A DNA stretch of 64,000 nucleotides. It comes from an uncultured delta proteobacterium (lineage in GTDB: Bacteria; Myxococcota_A; Polyangia; Polyangiales; Polyangiaceae). The stretch spans positions 864,001-928,000 of the forward strand of contig CAWJCS010000006.1 of NCBI GenBank assembly GCA_963841435.1, in the 5' to 3' direction. The first letter of the stretch is position 1. Each line of letters begins with the position of its first letter. The translations under genes and the position numbers were made by a program. Positions 37,760 through 50,500 of the stretch are shown one piece after another. The notes beneath the pieces were generated by a model. It did no database searches, had not been told where the DNA came from, and worked only from the letters and a program-made list of their open reading frames with translations.

Positions 37760-40700
37760 CCATCACCGAGGTTTGCGTTCGGCGGCCCGTGCTCGCCTGG
37801 ATGCTCATGGCGGCGACCATCGTTTTCGGCGTGGTCGCGGCCCAGCGCATCGGCGTGAGCCAGATGCCGGACGTCGACTTCCCGACGATCAGCGTGAACG
37901 TGACGCGCGAGGGCGCGGCGCCCGAGGTGATCGAGAACGACGTCGTGGAGGTGCTCGAGGACGCGCTTTCCCAGGTCGAAGGCGTAAAATCGCTGACGGC
38001 GGTCGCCAGGCAGGGCAACGCGCAGATCACGGTCGAGCTCGACATCTCGCGCGACGTCGACCTCGCGCTGCAGGACGTCCAGACGAAGATCGCCCAGGCG
38101 CAGCGCATGCTGCCGAAGGACCTCGATCCGCCGATCGTTTCGAAGACGAACCCCGAGGACCAGCCGATCATGTGGATCGCGGTGTCCGGTCCGTTCAAGC
38201 GCCAGGCCGTCACCGACTACGCGCGCTACCAGGTGCGCGAGCGCTTGCAGACGGTGCCGGGCGTCGGCGAAATCATGATGGGCGGCCACATCGACCGGAA
38301 CGTCCGTGTGTGGCTCGACGCGGTGCGCATGGACACCCGCGGCGTGACCGTGCCGGACGTTATGAACGCCCTCGACCGCGAGCACATCGAGCTGCCCGCC
38401 GGTCGCATCGAGACCGAGGGGCGCGAGATCGACGTGCGCGTGCTCGGTGAGGCGCTGAGCCTCGCGGATCTCAGGCGCATCGTCGTGCGCAAGCCCGGCG
38501 GCACGCCCGTCTACCTCGAGGACGTGGCGCTCGTGGAGGACGGCTTCGCCGACATCCGGAGCATCGCGCGCGCCAACGGTCAGACGGCCCAGGGCCTCGG
38601 CATCAAGAAGCAGCGTGGTGCCAACACCGTGGCCGTGGCGCGCGCGGTCCGCGAAAAGCTCGGTGAAATCAAGAAGGATCTGCCGGACGGCATGCGCGCG
38701 GACGTGAACTTCGATTCGTCCGGCTTCGTCGAAAGCTCCGTCGCCGACATCGAGCACGAGCTCGGCCTCGCCGTCATCTTGACGGCGCTCGTGTGCTGGA
38801 TGTTCTTGGGCTCGTTCAGCAGCACGCTCAACGTCGTGCTCGCCATCCCGATGAGCCTTTTCGGGACCCTCGCGGTGATCTACTTCCTGGGCTTCACGCT
38901 GAACACGTTCAGCCTGCTCGCGATGGCGCTCGCCGTCGGCATCGTCGTCGACGACGCCATCATGGTGATGGAGAACATCTTCCGTCATCACGACGAGGGT
39001 AAGGGTGCCGTGGAGGCCGCCATCGAAGGGACGCACGAGATCCGCTTCGCGGCGCTCGCCGCGACGGTGGCGATCATCGCCATCTTTTCGCCCGTGGTGT
39101 TCATGCAGGGCATCATCGGCAAATTCTTCTTTCAGTTCGGCGTGACGCTCTCGCTCGCCGTCGCCTTCTCGTACGTGGAGGCCATCACGCTCGCGCCGGC
39201 ACGTTGTGCGCAGTTCTTGGCGGGCAGGGGCGAGACCCAGCGCTCGCGCGTCGGGCGCTTCGTCGACGCCGGCTTCGACGGTCTGAGGCGCGGCTACGCG
39301 CGGGCCCTGCGCTTCGGTTTGCGCCGCCCCGCGGTCGTGCTGCTCGTCGCGCTCGGTGTGCTCGCGGGAGCGATCCAGGTCTTCCGCGCGCTACCGAGCG
39401 AGTTCGTGCCCTCGCAGGACCAGAGCCGCCTCATGGTTCGCCTGCAGACGGCCGTCGGCGCGAGCATCGACGAGATGGACGGCCTCATGCACGAGGTGGA
39501 GCGTGACGTTGCGTCCCACTCCGAGGTGAAACGCTTCTTCGCGGTCACGGGCGGCTTCGGCGGAGCCGGCGTGAACAACGGCATCGTCTTCATGACACTC
39601 GTCGATCGGCGCGAGCGCAAGCTGAGCCAGACCGAGTTCATGGGCGTGTTGCGCCGCGAGCTCAACTCGATTCCCGGTATCCGCGCCGTCGTGATGGACC
39701 TTTCGCAGCAGGGCTTCAGCGCGAAGCGCGGCTTCCCCGTCGAGTTCTCCGTGCGAGGTAGCGATTGGGGGCGACTCGTTGACGCCGCTGACGTTGCCCG
39801 TCGCGAGATCGGCGACTCCGGCACCGTCGTCGACGTCGACACGGACTACCAGCTCGGCATGCCCGAGCTGCGCGTCGAACCCGACCGCGCCCGCATCGCG
39901 GACCTCGGGCTCGCCGTCGACGACGTGGCGCAGGCCGTGAACGTGCTCGTGGGGGGCGTGCGCGCGGGCAAGTTCAACAGCGGGGGGCGCCGCATCGACG
40001 TGCGCGTCCGGCTGCTCGCCGATCAGCGCGCGCGCCCCGAGAGCCTCGGCCACCTGAAGCTTCGCACCGCGACGGGCGATCTCGTGCCCCTCTCGATGCT
40101 GATCCGCCAGGAGGAACGTCCTGCGCCCCAGTCGATCACCCGTCTCGATCGCGAGCGCGCGATCGGCATCTTCGGTAACATCGCTCCAGGCAGCTCCCAG
40201 GACAAGGCGCTCGCGGTGGCGGAGGCAATCGGTCAGCACATGCCGAACGGCACGCGGTTGGTGCTCGGTGGCTCGAGCGTCGCTTTTCGCGAATCGATGC
40301 AGAGCCTGCTGTTCGCGCTCGTGCTCGGCATCATCGTCGCCTACATGGTGCTGGCGGCGCAGTTCAACTCGCTTTTGCATCCCCTGACGGTGCTCACCAT
40401 CTTGCCGCTCTCGATCGCGGGAGCGGCGTTTGGGCTTTGGGCGGGCGGGCAGTCGCTCAATATCTTCAGCATGATCGGCGTCCTGTTGCTGATGGGGATC
40501 GCCAAGAAGAACTCCATCATCCTCGTCGATTACGCGAATCGAAAGCGCGAGGAGGGTCTCGACGCGCGAGCCGCCATGCTCGCGGCGGGGCCCGTGAGGC
40601 TCCGCCCCATCGTGATGACGTCGATGGCCACGCTGATGGCGGCTGTCCCGGCGGCGCTCGGTCTCGGCGAGGGGTCCGAGACGCGCGTTCCCATGGCCAC

Positions 40701-40863
40701 GGCCGTGATCGGCGGCCTCATCCTGTCCACGACGCTGAGCCTGCTCGTCGTGCCGGCGTTTTACGTGCTCGGTGACGCCGCGAAATCCCGGCTTCGGCGG
40801 CTCCTCTCTGGGCGGCGCGATCCCGCGGTCCCCCCCCTTGCGCGACCTTCGTCGCGTGCCTAG
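37756..40863 (+). CDS. RND efflux permease (AcrB/MdtB-like)
   Basis: 'RRPV', 'GIVVDDAIMVMENI', 'KKNSIILVD', 'RLRPIVMTS'. Confidence 0.95.
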   Translation: MTITEVCVRRPVLAWMLMAATIVFGVVAAQRIGVSQMPDVDFPTISVNVTREGAAPEVIENDVVEVLEDALSQVEGVKSLTAVARQGNAQITVELDISRDVDLALQDVQTKIAQAQRMLPKDLDPPIVSKTNPEDQPIMWIAVSGPFKRQAVTDYARYQVRERLQTVPGVGEIMMGGHIDRNVRVWLDAVRMDTRGVTVPDVMNALDREHIELPAGRIETEGREIDVRVLGEALSLADLRRIVVRKPGGTPVYLEDVALVEDGFADIRSIARANGQTAQGLGIKKQRGANTVAVARAVREKLGEIKKDLPDGMRADVNFDSSGFVESSVADIEHELGLAVILTALVCWMFLGSFSSTLNVVLAIPMSLFGTLAVIYFLGFTLNTFSLLAMALAVGIVVDDAIMVMENIFRHHDEGKGAVEAAIEGTHEIRFAALAATVAIIAIFSPVVFMQGIIGKFFFQFGVTLSLAVAFSYVEAITLAPARCAQFLAGRGETQRSRVGRFVDAGFDGLRRGYARALRFGLRRPAVVLLVALGVLAGAIQVFRALPSEFVPSQDQSRLMVRLQTAVGASIDEMDGLMHEVERDVASHSEVKRFFAVTGGFGGAGVNNGIVFMTLVDRRERKLSQTEFMGVLRRELNSIPGIRAVVMDLSQQGFSAKRGFPVEFSVRGSDWGRLVDAADVARREIGDSGTVVDVDTDYQLGMPELRVEPDRARIADLGLAVDDVAQAVNVLVGGVRAGKFNSGGRRIDVRVRLLADQRARPESLGHLKLRTATGDLVPLSMLIRQEERPAPQSITRLDRERAIGIFGNIAPGSSQDKALAVAEAIGQHMPNGTRLVLGGSSVAFRESMQSLLFALVLGIIVAYMVLAAQFNSLLHPLTVLTILPLSIAGAAFGLWAGGQSLNIFSMIGVLLLMGIAKKNSIILVDYANRKREEGLDARAAMLAAGPVRLRPIVMTSMATLMAAVPAALGLGEGSETRVPMATAVIGGLILSTTLSLLVVPAFYVLGDAAKSRLRRLLSGRRDPAVPPLARPSSRA

Positions 40864-41022
40864 TTTGCCAGGGTCCGGGCGACGGCGCGGGCGGTAACGG
40901 TCTCTGCTCGAGTGCCTATCGGGCGAGTCGGCACCGTTCGGCGGCGGTCGAGGCTGGCGGGTGCAGCGTGCGCTCGCACGCCCGCACGGGCGAGGCTTTG
41001 TCCCGGCAAGGAGGATACGGAA

Positions 41023-41481
41023 ATGTTGGTTCGATTCGGAGATATGGATGGTTTTTCGAGGTTTGGCCTGGCCCGAGGGTTCCCCTTGGACGACCTGAGG
41101 CGCGAGATGGATCGCTTGCTGTTCGATTTCGAACGTGGCGCGCCCGCCGAGCCCGAGGGCTGGCCGAAGATCTCGGCCGAGGACCGCGGCGAGGCTCTGT
41201 TCGTTCGGGCCGAGGTCCCCGGCCTCACCGACAAGGACATCGAGCTCACGGCGACGGCCACGAGCTTCAGCCTGCGCGGTGAGCGCAAGGTCGAGGCGCC
41301 CGAGGGCTACGCCACGCATCGCGGTGAGCGGCGCGGTTTCCGCTTCGCCCGCACGTTCAATCTCGGCACCAAGATCGATCCGGAGCGCGTCGCTGCGTCG
41401 CTCGAGAACGGCGTGCTCACCGTGACCCTGCCCAAGGCGGCCGAGGCCAAGCCGAAGCAGATCACCGTCAAGGCGAGCTGA
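41023..41481 (+). CDS. Hsp20/alpha-crystallin small heat-shock protein
   Basis: RBS GGAGG; 'AEVPG', 'LENGVLTVTLPK', 'KQITV'. Confidence 0.93.
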   Translation: MLVRFGDMDGFSRFGLARGFPLDDLRREMDRLLFDFERGAPAEPEGWPKISAEDRGEALFVRAEVPGLTDKDIELTATATSFSLRGERKVEAPEGYATHRGERRGFRFARTFNLGTKIDPERVAASLENGVLTVTLPKAAEAKPKQITVKAS

Positions 41482-41493
41482 AGGAGAAGCGCC

Positions 41494-41847
41494 ATGAACC
41501 AGACCCAAGAAAGAAAAGCCCGTAGCGAGCTCGAGAAGACTCGCGGCGCCGACGTGCGGACGCCCGCCGTCGACATCCACGAGAACGACAAGGAGCTCGT
41601 GCTCGTCGCCGACCTACCGGGCGTCACGAGCGAGCGTCTCAAGCTCGCCATCGAGCCGCCCGAGCTCAGGCTGGAGGTGCCCGCCGACCCCAAGGGAGGC
41701 CCCGGGTACTTCAGGGCCTTCACCATCGACGAGCGCATCTCCGCCAGTGAGGTGACGGCAGAGCTGAAGAACGGGGTTCTGAGCGTGCACCTGCCCAAGG
41801 CGCAAGCGCTCCGGCCTCGGCAGATCCCGATCCGTACCGGCGGGTAA
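41494..41847 (+). CDS. Hsp20 small heat-shock protein
   Basis: 'PAVDIHE', 'ADLPGV', 'LKNGVLSVHLPK', 'RQIPI'. Confidence 0.9.
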   Translation: MNQTQERKARSELEKTRGADVRTPAVDIHENDKELVLVADLPGVTSERLKLAIEPPELRLEVPADPKGGPGYFRAFTIDERISASEVTAELKNGVLSVHLPKAQALRPRQIPIRTGG

Positions 41848-41908
41848 CCGCGCCGAAACCTGGCGCTTGCGATAGGCTGTGGGGCGTGCCGGTCACGCGG
41901 CACGCCCC

Positions 41909-43555
41909 ATGGTGCATCCCCTCGCCGGCAAACCTGCCCCGCCCGAGATCCTGATCGATCCCGACGCTCTCGTGCGCGCGTACTACGAGCTCGTTCCGAG
42001 CGCGGAGCACGCCGCGGAGCGCGTGGCGTTCGGCACGAGCGGCCATCGCGGCTCGCCGTTCTCGAAGAGCTTCAACGAGGCCCACATCCTCGCTGTGACG
42101 CAGGCGGTCTGCGAGCACCGCGCTGAGCAGGGCTTCACCGGGCCGCTGTTCGTCGGCAAGGACACGCACGCGGCGTCGGCGCCCGCGGAGCGCAGCGCTC
42201 TCGAGGTACTGGCGGCGAACGGCGTCGAGGTGCGCATCCAGGGCGGCGAAGACGCCTTCACGCCGACTCCCGCGGTGTCGCGCGCCATCGTCCGCTACAA
42301 TCGCGGGCGCTCCTCCGGCCTCGCCGACGGAATCGTGGTCACGCCGTCACACAATCCCCCTGCCGACGGCGGCTTCAAGTACAACCCGCCCGAGGGCGGA
42401 CCGGCCGACTCGGCAACGACGCGGGCCATCGAAACGCGCGCCAACGAGCTGCTCGCGGCTGCCGGCAACGGCATTCGTCGGGTGCCGTGGGAGCGCGCCG
42501 TCCGCGCCGACACGACGCGCTCCGTCGATTTCGTCGCCGATTACGTGGCGGAGCTGCCGTTGATTCTCGACCTCGACGCCGTGCGGGCCGCGGGCGTCCG
42601 CATCGGCGTGGACCCGCTCGGGGGCGCGGGCATCGCCTACTACGGCCGCATCGCGGAGGCGTACGGACTCGATCTCGAGGTGACGAACCCCATCGTCGAT
42701 CCCCGCTTCGCATTCATGACGTGCGACCACGACGGCAAGATCCGCATGGACTGCTCGAGCCCGTACGCCATGGCTGGCCTCGTGAAGCTCTCCGATCGGT
42801 TCCAGGTCGCGTTTGGCAACGATGCCGACGCCGATCGCCACGGCATCGTCGTGCCGGGGCGCGGCGTGATGGGCCCGAACGAGTACCTTGCCGTCGCCAT
42901 CGACTACCTGTTCCGCCAGCGCACCCGGTGGCCGGCTGCCGCCGGGATCGGCAAGACCGTCGTGTCGAGCGCGCTCATCGATCGGGTGGCGCGCGACCTC
43001 GGCAAGACCCTCGTGGAGGTGCCGGTCGGCTTCAAGTTCCTGGCGCCGGGGCTCGCGAGCGGGGCGCTCGGCTTCGGCGGCGAGGAAAGCGCGGGCGCGA
43101 GCTTTCTGTGCTTCGACGGGAGCCCCTGGACCACGGACAAGGACGGCATCCTGCTCGGCCTGCTGGCGGCGGAGATCACCGCGAAAAGCGGCATGGATCC
43201 GGGCCGCTACTACCAGGGCCTCTGTGAGCGGCACGGAACGCCGCACGGGCGCCGCATCGACGCCCCCGCGACGCCAGCCGAGAAGGCGGCGCTTGCACGC
43301 CTTTCGCCCGAGGCCGTCAGTGCCACGACGCTCGCCGGCGACCCGATCCGCGAACGGCTCACGAAGGCCCCCGGCAACGGCGCCGCCATCGGCGGGCTCG
43401 TCGTGCGCACCGAGCACGCGTGGTTCGCCGCGCGGCCGAGCGGCACCGAGAGCATCTACAAGGTGTACGCGGAGAGCTTCAAGAGTCCTGAGCATCTCGA
43501 TGCCGTCATCGAGGAGGCCCAGGCTATCGTCGCGGCGTCGCTCGCCGCGGGCTGA
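41909..43555 (+). CDS. pgm: phosphoglucomutase
   Basis: 'FGTSGHRG', TPSHNP, DADADR, GGEESAG, '[14 protein letters not shown]'. Confidence 0.95.
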   Translation: MVHPLAGKPAPPEILIDPDALVRAYYELVPSAEHAAERVAFGTSGHRGSPFSKSFNEAHILAVTQAVCEHRAEQGFTGPLFVGKDTHAASAPAERSALEVLAANGVEVRIQGGEDAFTPTPAVSRAIVRYNRGRSSGLADGIVVTPSHNPPADGGFKYNPPEGGPADSATTRAIETRANELLAAAGNGIRRVPWERAVRADTTRSVDFVADYVAELPLILDLDAVRAAGVRIGVDPLGGAGIAYYGRIAEAYGLDLEVTNPIVDPRFAFMTCDHDGKIRMDCSSPYAMAGLVKLSDRFQVAFGNDADADRHGIVVPGRGVMGPNEYLAVAIDYLFRQRTRWPAAAGIGKTVVSSALIDRVARDLGKTLVEVPVGFKFLAPGLASGALGFGGEESAGASFLCFDGSPWTTDKDGILLGLLAAEITAKSGMDPGRYYQGLCERHGTPHGRRIDAPATPAEKAALARLSPEAVSATTLAGDPIRERLTKAPGNGAAIGGLVVRTEHAWFAARPSGTESIYKVYAESFKSPEHLDAVIEEAQAIVAASLAAG

Positions 43556-43560
43556 CGGCG

Positions 43561-44442
43561 CTACGCCGCAGCGTCGAGGTCCCAGCGCATGAAATCCGGG
43601 CGCGGCGCCCGCGGCCGGTAGCGGCCTTTTTCGTCCTGCTCGACGCCGGAGGCCGCCACGTCGGGATCGTGGGTGTAAACGAGCAGAGTACCGCGCTCCA
43701 CGGCGTCTTTCATGAGCACCTTCTTTTCGTCGACGAGCTTCTCGGCAAAGCGGTCGTAGCCCATCGTGATCGGCAGGTGCACCCACGCGGTTCCGGGCAC
43801 GAGGTCAGCGCAGAACAAGAGGCGCGCCGTCGCGCCTTCCACCACGCCGTGCAGCATGCCGGGCGTGTGACCATGGCTCTCGACCAGCGAGAAGCGCTCG
43901 CCGAGCACGGCGCGCGCCTCATCAGCCCCCGCGAGCACGCGCAGGCGCCCACTCGCCCGCAACAGAGCCGGCAGCTCGGCGATGTAGCTTGCACGGTCTC
44001 GCAGGTGAGGGTGCTCGGCACGTTCGAGCGCCTCGCGCCCCACGACCAGCTCGGCGCGCGGGAACAAGAGCTCCGCGGGCCGCGCCGCGCTGTACGGAGC
44101 GAGCAGCCCCCCCGCGTGGTCGAAATGCAGGTGAGAAAGCACCACCCGATCGATATCGCCGTCGCCGAGCCCGAGAGCGTCGAGCGACCGCAAGAGGACG
44201 TGGTCCTTTTCGACCACGCCGTAGCGCTCCCTTAGCTCGGGCTCGAAGAAACAGCCGATGCCCGTCTCGAACAGTGTCCGGCAGCCCGGCTCCTCCACGA
44301 GCAGGGCGCGGCAGGCAAGCGCAATGCGGCCGAGCTCGTCCGGTGGCAGCCAGCGGCTCCACATGGCGCGTGGCGCGTTGCCGAACATGGCCCCGCCGTC
44401 GAGGCGCTGGGAGTTGCCGAGCAAGCTCGATGCGAGGAGCAC
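43561..44442 (-). CDS. MBL-fold metallo-hydrolase
   Basis: 'LDGGAMFG', SHLHFDHAGG, GHTPG; start uncertain (44442 or 44490). Confidence 0.9.
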   Translation of the reverse strand: MLLASSLLGNSQRLDGGAMFGNAPRAMWSRWLPPDELGRIALACRALLVEEPGCRTLFETGIGCFFEPELRERYGVVEKDHVLLRSLDALGLGDGDIDRVVLSHLHFDHAGGLLAPYSAARPAELLFPRAELVVGREALERAEHPHLRDRASYIAELPALLRASGRLRVLAGADEARAVLGERFSLVESHGHTPGMLHGVVEGATARLLFCADLVPGTAWVHLPITMGYDRFAEKLVDEKKVLMKDAVERGTLLVYTHDPDVAASGVEQDEKGRYRPRAPRPDFMRWDLDAAA

Positions 44443-44488
44443 GGCTTCAGTCTTGGCACGCGCCGCGGCTCTGGTAAACCCATGGCCC

Positions 44489-44920
44489 ATGGCCGAAACG
44501 GTGTTTTCGAGAATCCTACGAGGCGAGATCCCTTGTCACCGCGTCTTCGAAGACGAACACGTGCTCGCCTTCCTCGACGTGTCGCCGCTTTCCCGGGGCC
44601 ATCTCCTGGTGATCCCCAAGGAGCCGGCGCCGACCCTCGACGAGCTCTCGGACGAGTCGGCGGCGGCCATCGGCCGCGTGCTGCCGCGGCTTTGCAGGGC
44701 GCTTCGGCGCGTGACCGGCATCAAGGACTACAACGTGCTGCAAAACAACGGCGCCCCCGCCCACCAGGCCGTGTTTCACGTGCACTTCCACGTCATCCCG
44801 AAGCCGAACGACGAGGAGGGGCTCGGTGTCGGCTGGCCGGCGCAGCGGCTCGACGCCGCCGAGGGTGCGGCGCTCGCCGAGGAGCTCTCCCGGGTCGTCA
44901 GCGCAGCGGCGCAGAGCTAA
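44489..44920 (+). CDS. HIT family protein
   Basis: 'FSRILRGEIP', 'AFLD..P...GH', 'QAVFHVHFHVIP'. Confidence 0.93.
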   Translation: MAETVFSRILRGEIPCHRVFEDEHVLAFLDVSPLSRGHLLVIPKEPAPTLDELSDESAAAIGRVLPRLCRALRRVTGIKDYNVLQNNGAPAHQAVFHVHFHVIPKPNDEEGLGVGWPAQRLDAAEGAALAEELSRVVSAAAQS

Positions 44921-44962
44921 TCGAGCGCCGGCGAGCCGGCAAAAAGTTCAGCGGCCGCCCCA

Positions 44963-46600
<1,638 letters not shown>

Positions 46601-46671
46601 CGGGCGCTTTTCGACGCGGGGTGCGTCGCTCGTGAGCGACTTTCGGCTCCACCACCGCCGGGCGTCAAGCG

Positions 46672-47406
46672 TCACTCGGAGGCGAGCAGCTCGAGTCGCG
46701 CAACGAGGGGCAGGTGGTCCGAGGCCATGCGCGTGATCGCATCGTAGGGCCGCTCGCAGCTGGCGCTCTTGACACGCCCGCGCACGAAGATGCCGTCGAG
46801 CGGACGCACCGGCAACGCCGCCGGAAACGTGCTCAGCAGCTGCCCGACGCGGGCGAAACCCGCCGGTATCAGAAAGCGCGGACCGAGCGAGCCCCAGAGG
46901 TCGTTGAGGTCCCCTGCCACGATGGCGGGCGTCGTGTGGTGCAGGCGCGACACGAGCTCCGACGCAAGGAATCGCTCGAGCTGCTGTCCGCGCTCGGAGC
47001 CCGCGAGCCCGAGGTGGAGGTTGAAGGCCGCCACGGTCCGCGTGTGCTCGCCGACCTTGACGCGAAAGTGCGCGCTCACCACCCCACGTCGCTTGCGGCG
47101 TCCAATCGTGAGGTCGAGGTGCTGGATGTCGCTGAGCGGGAAGCGGCTGAGGATGGCGTTGCCGTAACCGCCGATGCTGAAGCGGTGCTGCGGTGCGAAC
47201 GCCAGGTGACGCATGCCCAGGGCCTCGGCGATGACCTCGGACTGGTCGTGGAAGCTCGACCGTGGGAGGCCGTCCGACACCTCCTGCAGCAGGGCCACGT
47301 CGGCCTCCATGGCCGCGAGCGCCGTCACGATGCGGTCGATGCGATAGCGCCGGTCTACGCCGCCAATGCCCTTGTGAATGTTCCAGGTGACGACGGAAAA
47401 GTGCAT
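46672..47406 (-). CDS. endonuclease/exonuclease/phosphatase family protein
   Basis: 'TWNIHKG', 'LQEV', 'GDLND', 'ASDHLP'. Confidence 0.92.
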   Translation of the reverse strand: MHFSVVTWNIHKGIGGVDRRYRIDRIVTALAAMEADVALLQEVSDGLPRSSFHDQSEVIAEALGMRHLAFAPQHRFSIGGYGNAILSRFPLSDIQHLDLTIGRRKRRGVVSAHFRVKVGEHTRTVAAFNLHLGLAGSERGQQLERFLASELVSRLHHTTPAIVAGDLNDLWGSLGPRFLIPAGFARVGQLLSTFPAALPVRPLDGIFVRGRVKSASCERPYDAITRMASDHLPLVARLELLASE

Positions 47407-47519
47407 CTCGGGGGGCTGGGTCGGTAGGCTCTCGGGTGGCGCTGGCCTCGGCCAAGCTAGTATCCTTCCCCCCGGGCCGGCGAGCGAGCGCTTCACTCGG
47501 CGACGCCCATTTGCTCAGT

Positions 47520-48749
47520 ATGTCCCCAGGCAGCCTCGAGGGCAGCGTTATCGTTGGGCGCTACCGCGTGGGGCCGCTCCTCGGATCGGGCGGCATGGGA
47601 TCGGTGTACCAAGCGCGCCACCTGACGCTGGGGCACGACGTCGCCATCAAGTTCATCCACCCCCAGCTCGCCCAGAGCGACGAGGTGCTGCGCCGCTTCG
47701 ACACGGAGGCCCGGGCCGCGGCGCACATCAAGAGTCGGCATGCCGTTTCCGTCATCGACCACGGCATCACCGAGACCGGCCAGCCGTACCTCGTGATGGA
47801 GTACCTCGAGGGCGAGTCGCTCGACCAGGCCATGCGGCGGCGCGGTCCCTTGCCGTTCCCCGAGGTCGTGCAGATCGTCGTCCAGGTGGCGCGAGCGCTC
47901 GAGCAGGCGCACGAGGCCGGCATCGTCCATCGTGATCTCAAGCCCGACAACATCTTCCTCGCGACGGACCGCGAGGGGACGAAGTTCGGCTGGGTCGTCA
48001 AGGTGCTGGATTTCGGGATTGCCAAGGTCGTCCACGACGAGAACGTCGGTGGCGTCGGCACGACGAAAACGGGCATGGTTCTCGGAACGCCGCTGTTCAT
48101 GAGCCCGGAAGCGCTCACCGCTTCCGCTCCCGTGAGCCCGGCCTCCGACATCTGGTCGCTCGGGGCCTGCGCCTTCGCGGCTGCCTGCGGGCGGGTTCCC
48201 TTTCCGGGCGAGGCCATTGGTGACGTCGTGCTCAAGGTGTGCGCCGCCCCCATGCCGGTACCGAGCCGGCTGGCTCCCAATCTTCCCCGCGCATTCGACG
48301 ACTGGTTCGCTCTGGCTTGCGCACGGGACCTCGGGCAGCGTTTTCGGCGCGTCGGTGAAATGGCAGACGCGCTCAGGCGCCTCGAAGAGTGGTCTCGCGC
48401 TCAACGCGAGCAGGTGGCGTACGAGATCCGCCCGCTGGCAAACTCGATAGTCGACCTCGAGGAGCCCCGCCCGTCGAGCCGGGGCCTCGTGCTCGGTGGC
48501 GTTCTCGCGGGCGTGGCGCTGACGATCGGCGCCCTCGGCTACTACGTGCTCACCCGGACCCGGGCCGCCGACGAGGCGGCGCGCGCAGCAGCCGACCGGG
48601 CGAGCGCGGTGATCGAGGCCGAGAACGAGCGACGCCTCAAGGAGGCCGAAAAGGCCTTCTGGTCGACGCAGCCCGACGCCGGTCCGAGCGCGTCCGTCAA
48701 AGCTCGTGAGGTGCCGAGCGGAAAGCCGGTGCGTCGAAAAAGGCAGTGA
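47520..48749 (+). CDS. membrane Ser/Thr protein kinase
   Basis: [28 protein letters not shown] helix. Confidence 0.93.
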   Translation: MSPGSLEGSVIVGRYRVGPLLGSGGMGSVYQARHLTLGHDVAIKFIHPQLAQSDEVLRRFDTEARAAAHIKSRHAVSVIDHGITETGQPYLVMEYLEGESLDQAMRRRGPLPFPEVVQIVVQVARALEQAHEAGIVHRDLKPDNIFLATDREGTKFGWVVKVLDFGIAKVVHDENVGGVGTTKTGMVLGTPLFMSPEALTASAPVSPASDIWSLGACAFAAACGRVPFPGEAIGDVVLKVCAAPMPVPSRLAPNLPRAFDDWFALACARDLGQRFRRVGEMADALRRLEEWSRAQREQVAYEIRPLANSIVDLEEPRPSSRGLVLGGVLAGVALTIGALGYYVLTRTRAADEAARAAADRASAVIEAENERRLKEAEKAFWSTQPDAGPSASVKAREVPSGKPVRRKRQ

Positions 48750-48810
48750 GGGCGCGTGCGGTCCCCCTGGCCCCCGGCGTGCGTTGCTGTGATATAGGGG
48801 AGGCGAGGCG

Positions 48811-49368
48811 ATGATCGACGAAGTTTTAGAGGAGCTGAAGCAAGGCATCGAGAAGGCGAAGGACGCGCTCAGGCGCGACCTCGGGAAGCTGCGCACCGGG
48901 CGCGCTCACCCCGGCATGCTCGACACGATTCGCGTCGATTACTACGGGCAGAAGTCGCCCATCGCACAGCTGGCGACCGTCAACGTTCCCGAGCCGCGCA
49001 TGCTCACGGTCAAGCCCTGGGACAAGTCGCAGGTCCAGGCCGTCGAGAAAGCCATCCGCGAAAGCGACCTCGGTCTGAATCCGCAGGTCGACGCCGAGCT
49101 GATTCGCATCCCGATCCCCGCGCTCAGCGAGGAGCGCCGCAAGGATCTCGTCAAGGTCGCCAAGAAGAACGGCGAGGAGTGCAAGGTCGCCATTCGCAAA
49201 GTGCGCCACGAGGCGCTGGACATGCTTTCGGAGCTCGAGAAGGACGGCGGGGCCGGCAAGGACGAGGTCGAGCGGGCGAAGAAGAAGGCGGAAGAGCTCG
49301 TTTCCGAGTCGGGCACGGCGGTCGATCAAATTGTGCAGCAGAAGGAAAAGGAGATCCTCGCGATCTGA
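48811..49368 (+). CDS. frr: ribosome recycling factor
   Basis: 'LRTGRA', 'VDYYG', 'SDLGLNP', 'LSEERRKDLVK'. Confidence 0.97.
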   Translation: MIDEVLEELKQGIEKAKDALRRDLGKLRTGRAHPGMLDTIRVDYYGQKSPIAQLATVNVPEPRMLTVKPWDKSQVQAVEKAIRESDLGLNPQVDAELIRIPIPALSEERRKDLVKVAKKNGEECKVAIRKVRHEALDMLSELEKDGGAGKDEVERAKKKAEELVSESGTAVDQIVQQKEKEILAI

Positions 49369-49554
49369 TGTGCCGGCGGCTGGGACGCTCGAGGCGAGGG
49401 TGGCGCTCGCGTGGCCTTGGCGCGTGCCGCGTGCGGGTAGGCCCGCAGCCCTTTCGGCCTGACGGCTTGACAGGGGAAAGCCCTCGTGAAATCGTGAGAA
49501 GTTGGCGAGCTTGGCCGACGGAAGGGCTCGTTTCCCTTTGCCCGGATTGAAGGA

Positions 49555-50463
49555 ATGCGCGCGATAGCTGCTGGCATCAGCGACGTGGGGCTGCAGCGCG
49601 ACCACAACGAGGACAGCTTCGCGATCCTCAAGGAGCAGACGCTCTTCATCGTGGCCGACGGCATGGGTGGGCACCGCGCGGGCGATGTTGCGAGCCGTCT
49701 TGCGACGGAATCGATCGTCGACTTCTTCCGCGCGTCGATCGCCAAGGACTTCAACTGGCCGTTCCAGATCGATCCGCGCCTCTCCGAGGAAGAGAACCGG
49801 CTGTTGTCGGGCATTCGGCTGGCGAACCGGCAGATCATCGAGCGAAGCACCCGGTCGCGCGAGTGCCAGGGCATGGGCACCACGATCGTCGGCGCGCTCT
49901 TCAGCGCGCAGAAGAACCGCATGTTCATCGGGCACGTCGGCGACAGCCGCGCCTATCGGGTGCGTCGCCAGAAGATCCAGCAGATGACCCGCGACCACTC
50001 GCTGGTGAACGACTACCTGCTCGCCATGCCCGAGCTCACGGAGGAGCAAAAGAGCGAGCTGCCGAAGAACGTCATCACGCGGGCGCTCGGCATGCAGGAC
50101 CAGGTGGCCGTCGACATCCAGAGCGACGAAACCGAGGTCGGCGACATCTACGTCCTTTGCTCGGATGGCCTGAGCGGCATGGTCGAGGACCACGAAATCC
50201 TCGAAACCGTGCTGAATTCCGGCGATACGGAAGCGGCGTGCCGCAAGCTCGTCGCGCTCGCCAACGAGCACGGCGGCGAGGACAACATCACGGCGCTCAT
50301 CGTGCGCATCGACGCGTCCGTCGAAGGCGAGATCAGCCTTTCGGACACACTGCCGACGCCGGTGACGATCCGTCACCGGGAGCAAGACTCGACGCCGGAC
50401 GGCCAGGCCGACACGCCGCCCGCGGCCGCAGTGGTGCCGCCGACGGAAACGAAGGCCGACTGA
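49555..50463 (+). CDS. PP2C/Stp1 Ser/Thr phosphatase
   Basis: 'RDHNED', ADGMGG, 'HVGDSRAY', 'CSDGL', 'GGEDNIT'. Confidence 0.95.
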   Translation: MRAIAAGISDVGLQRDHNEDSFAILKEQTLFIVADGMGGHRAGDVASRLATESIVDFFRASIAKDFNWPFQIDPRLSEEENRLLSGIRLANRQIIERSTRSRECQGMGTTIVGALFSAQKNRMFIGHVGDSRAYRVRRQKIQQMTRDHSLVNDYLLAMPELTEEQKSELPKNVITRALGMQDQVAVDIQSDETEVGDIYVLCSDGLSGMVEDHEILETVLNSGDTEAACRKLVALANEHGGEDNITALIVRIDASVEGEISLSDTLPTPVTIRHREQDSTPDGQADTPPAAAVVPPTETKAD

Positions 50464-50500
50464 TCGAAGCGCGGCGCGCCGGGGCGGCCGCGACTTAGGC

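Noticed and set aside
36820-41580. Long antisense ORFs (738 and 729 aa)
   Set aside because: Shadow frames of the RND genes, expected at high GC; no motifs.
46601-47455. 830-aa pgi fusion
   Set aside because: The extension is an off-frame overlap of the EEP gene; pgi starts at 46600.
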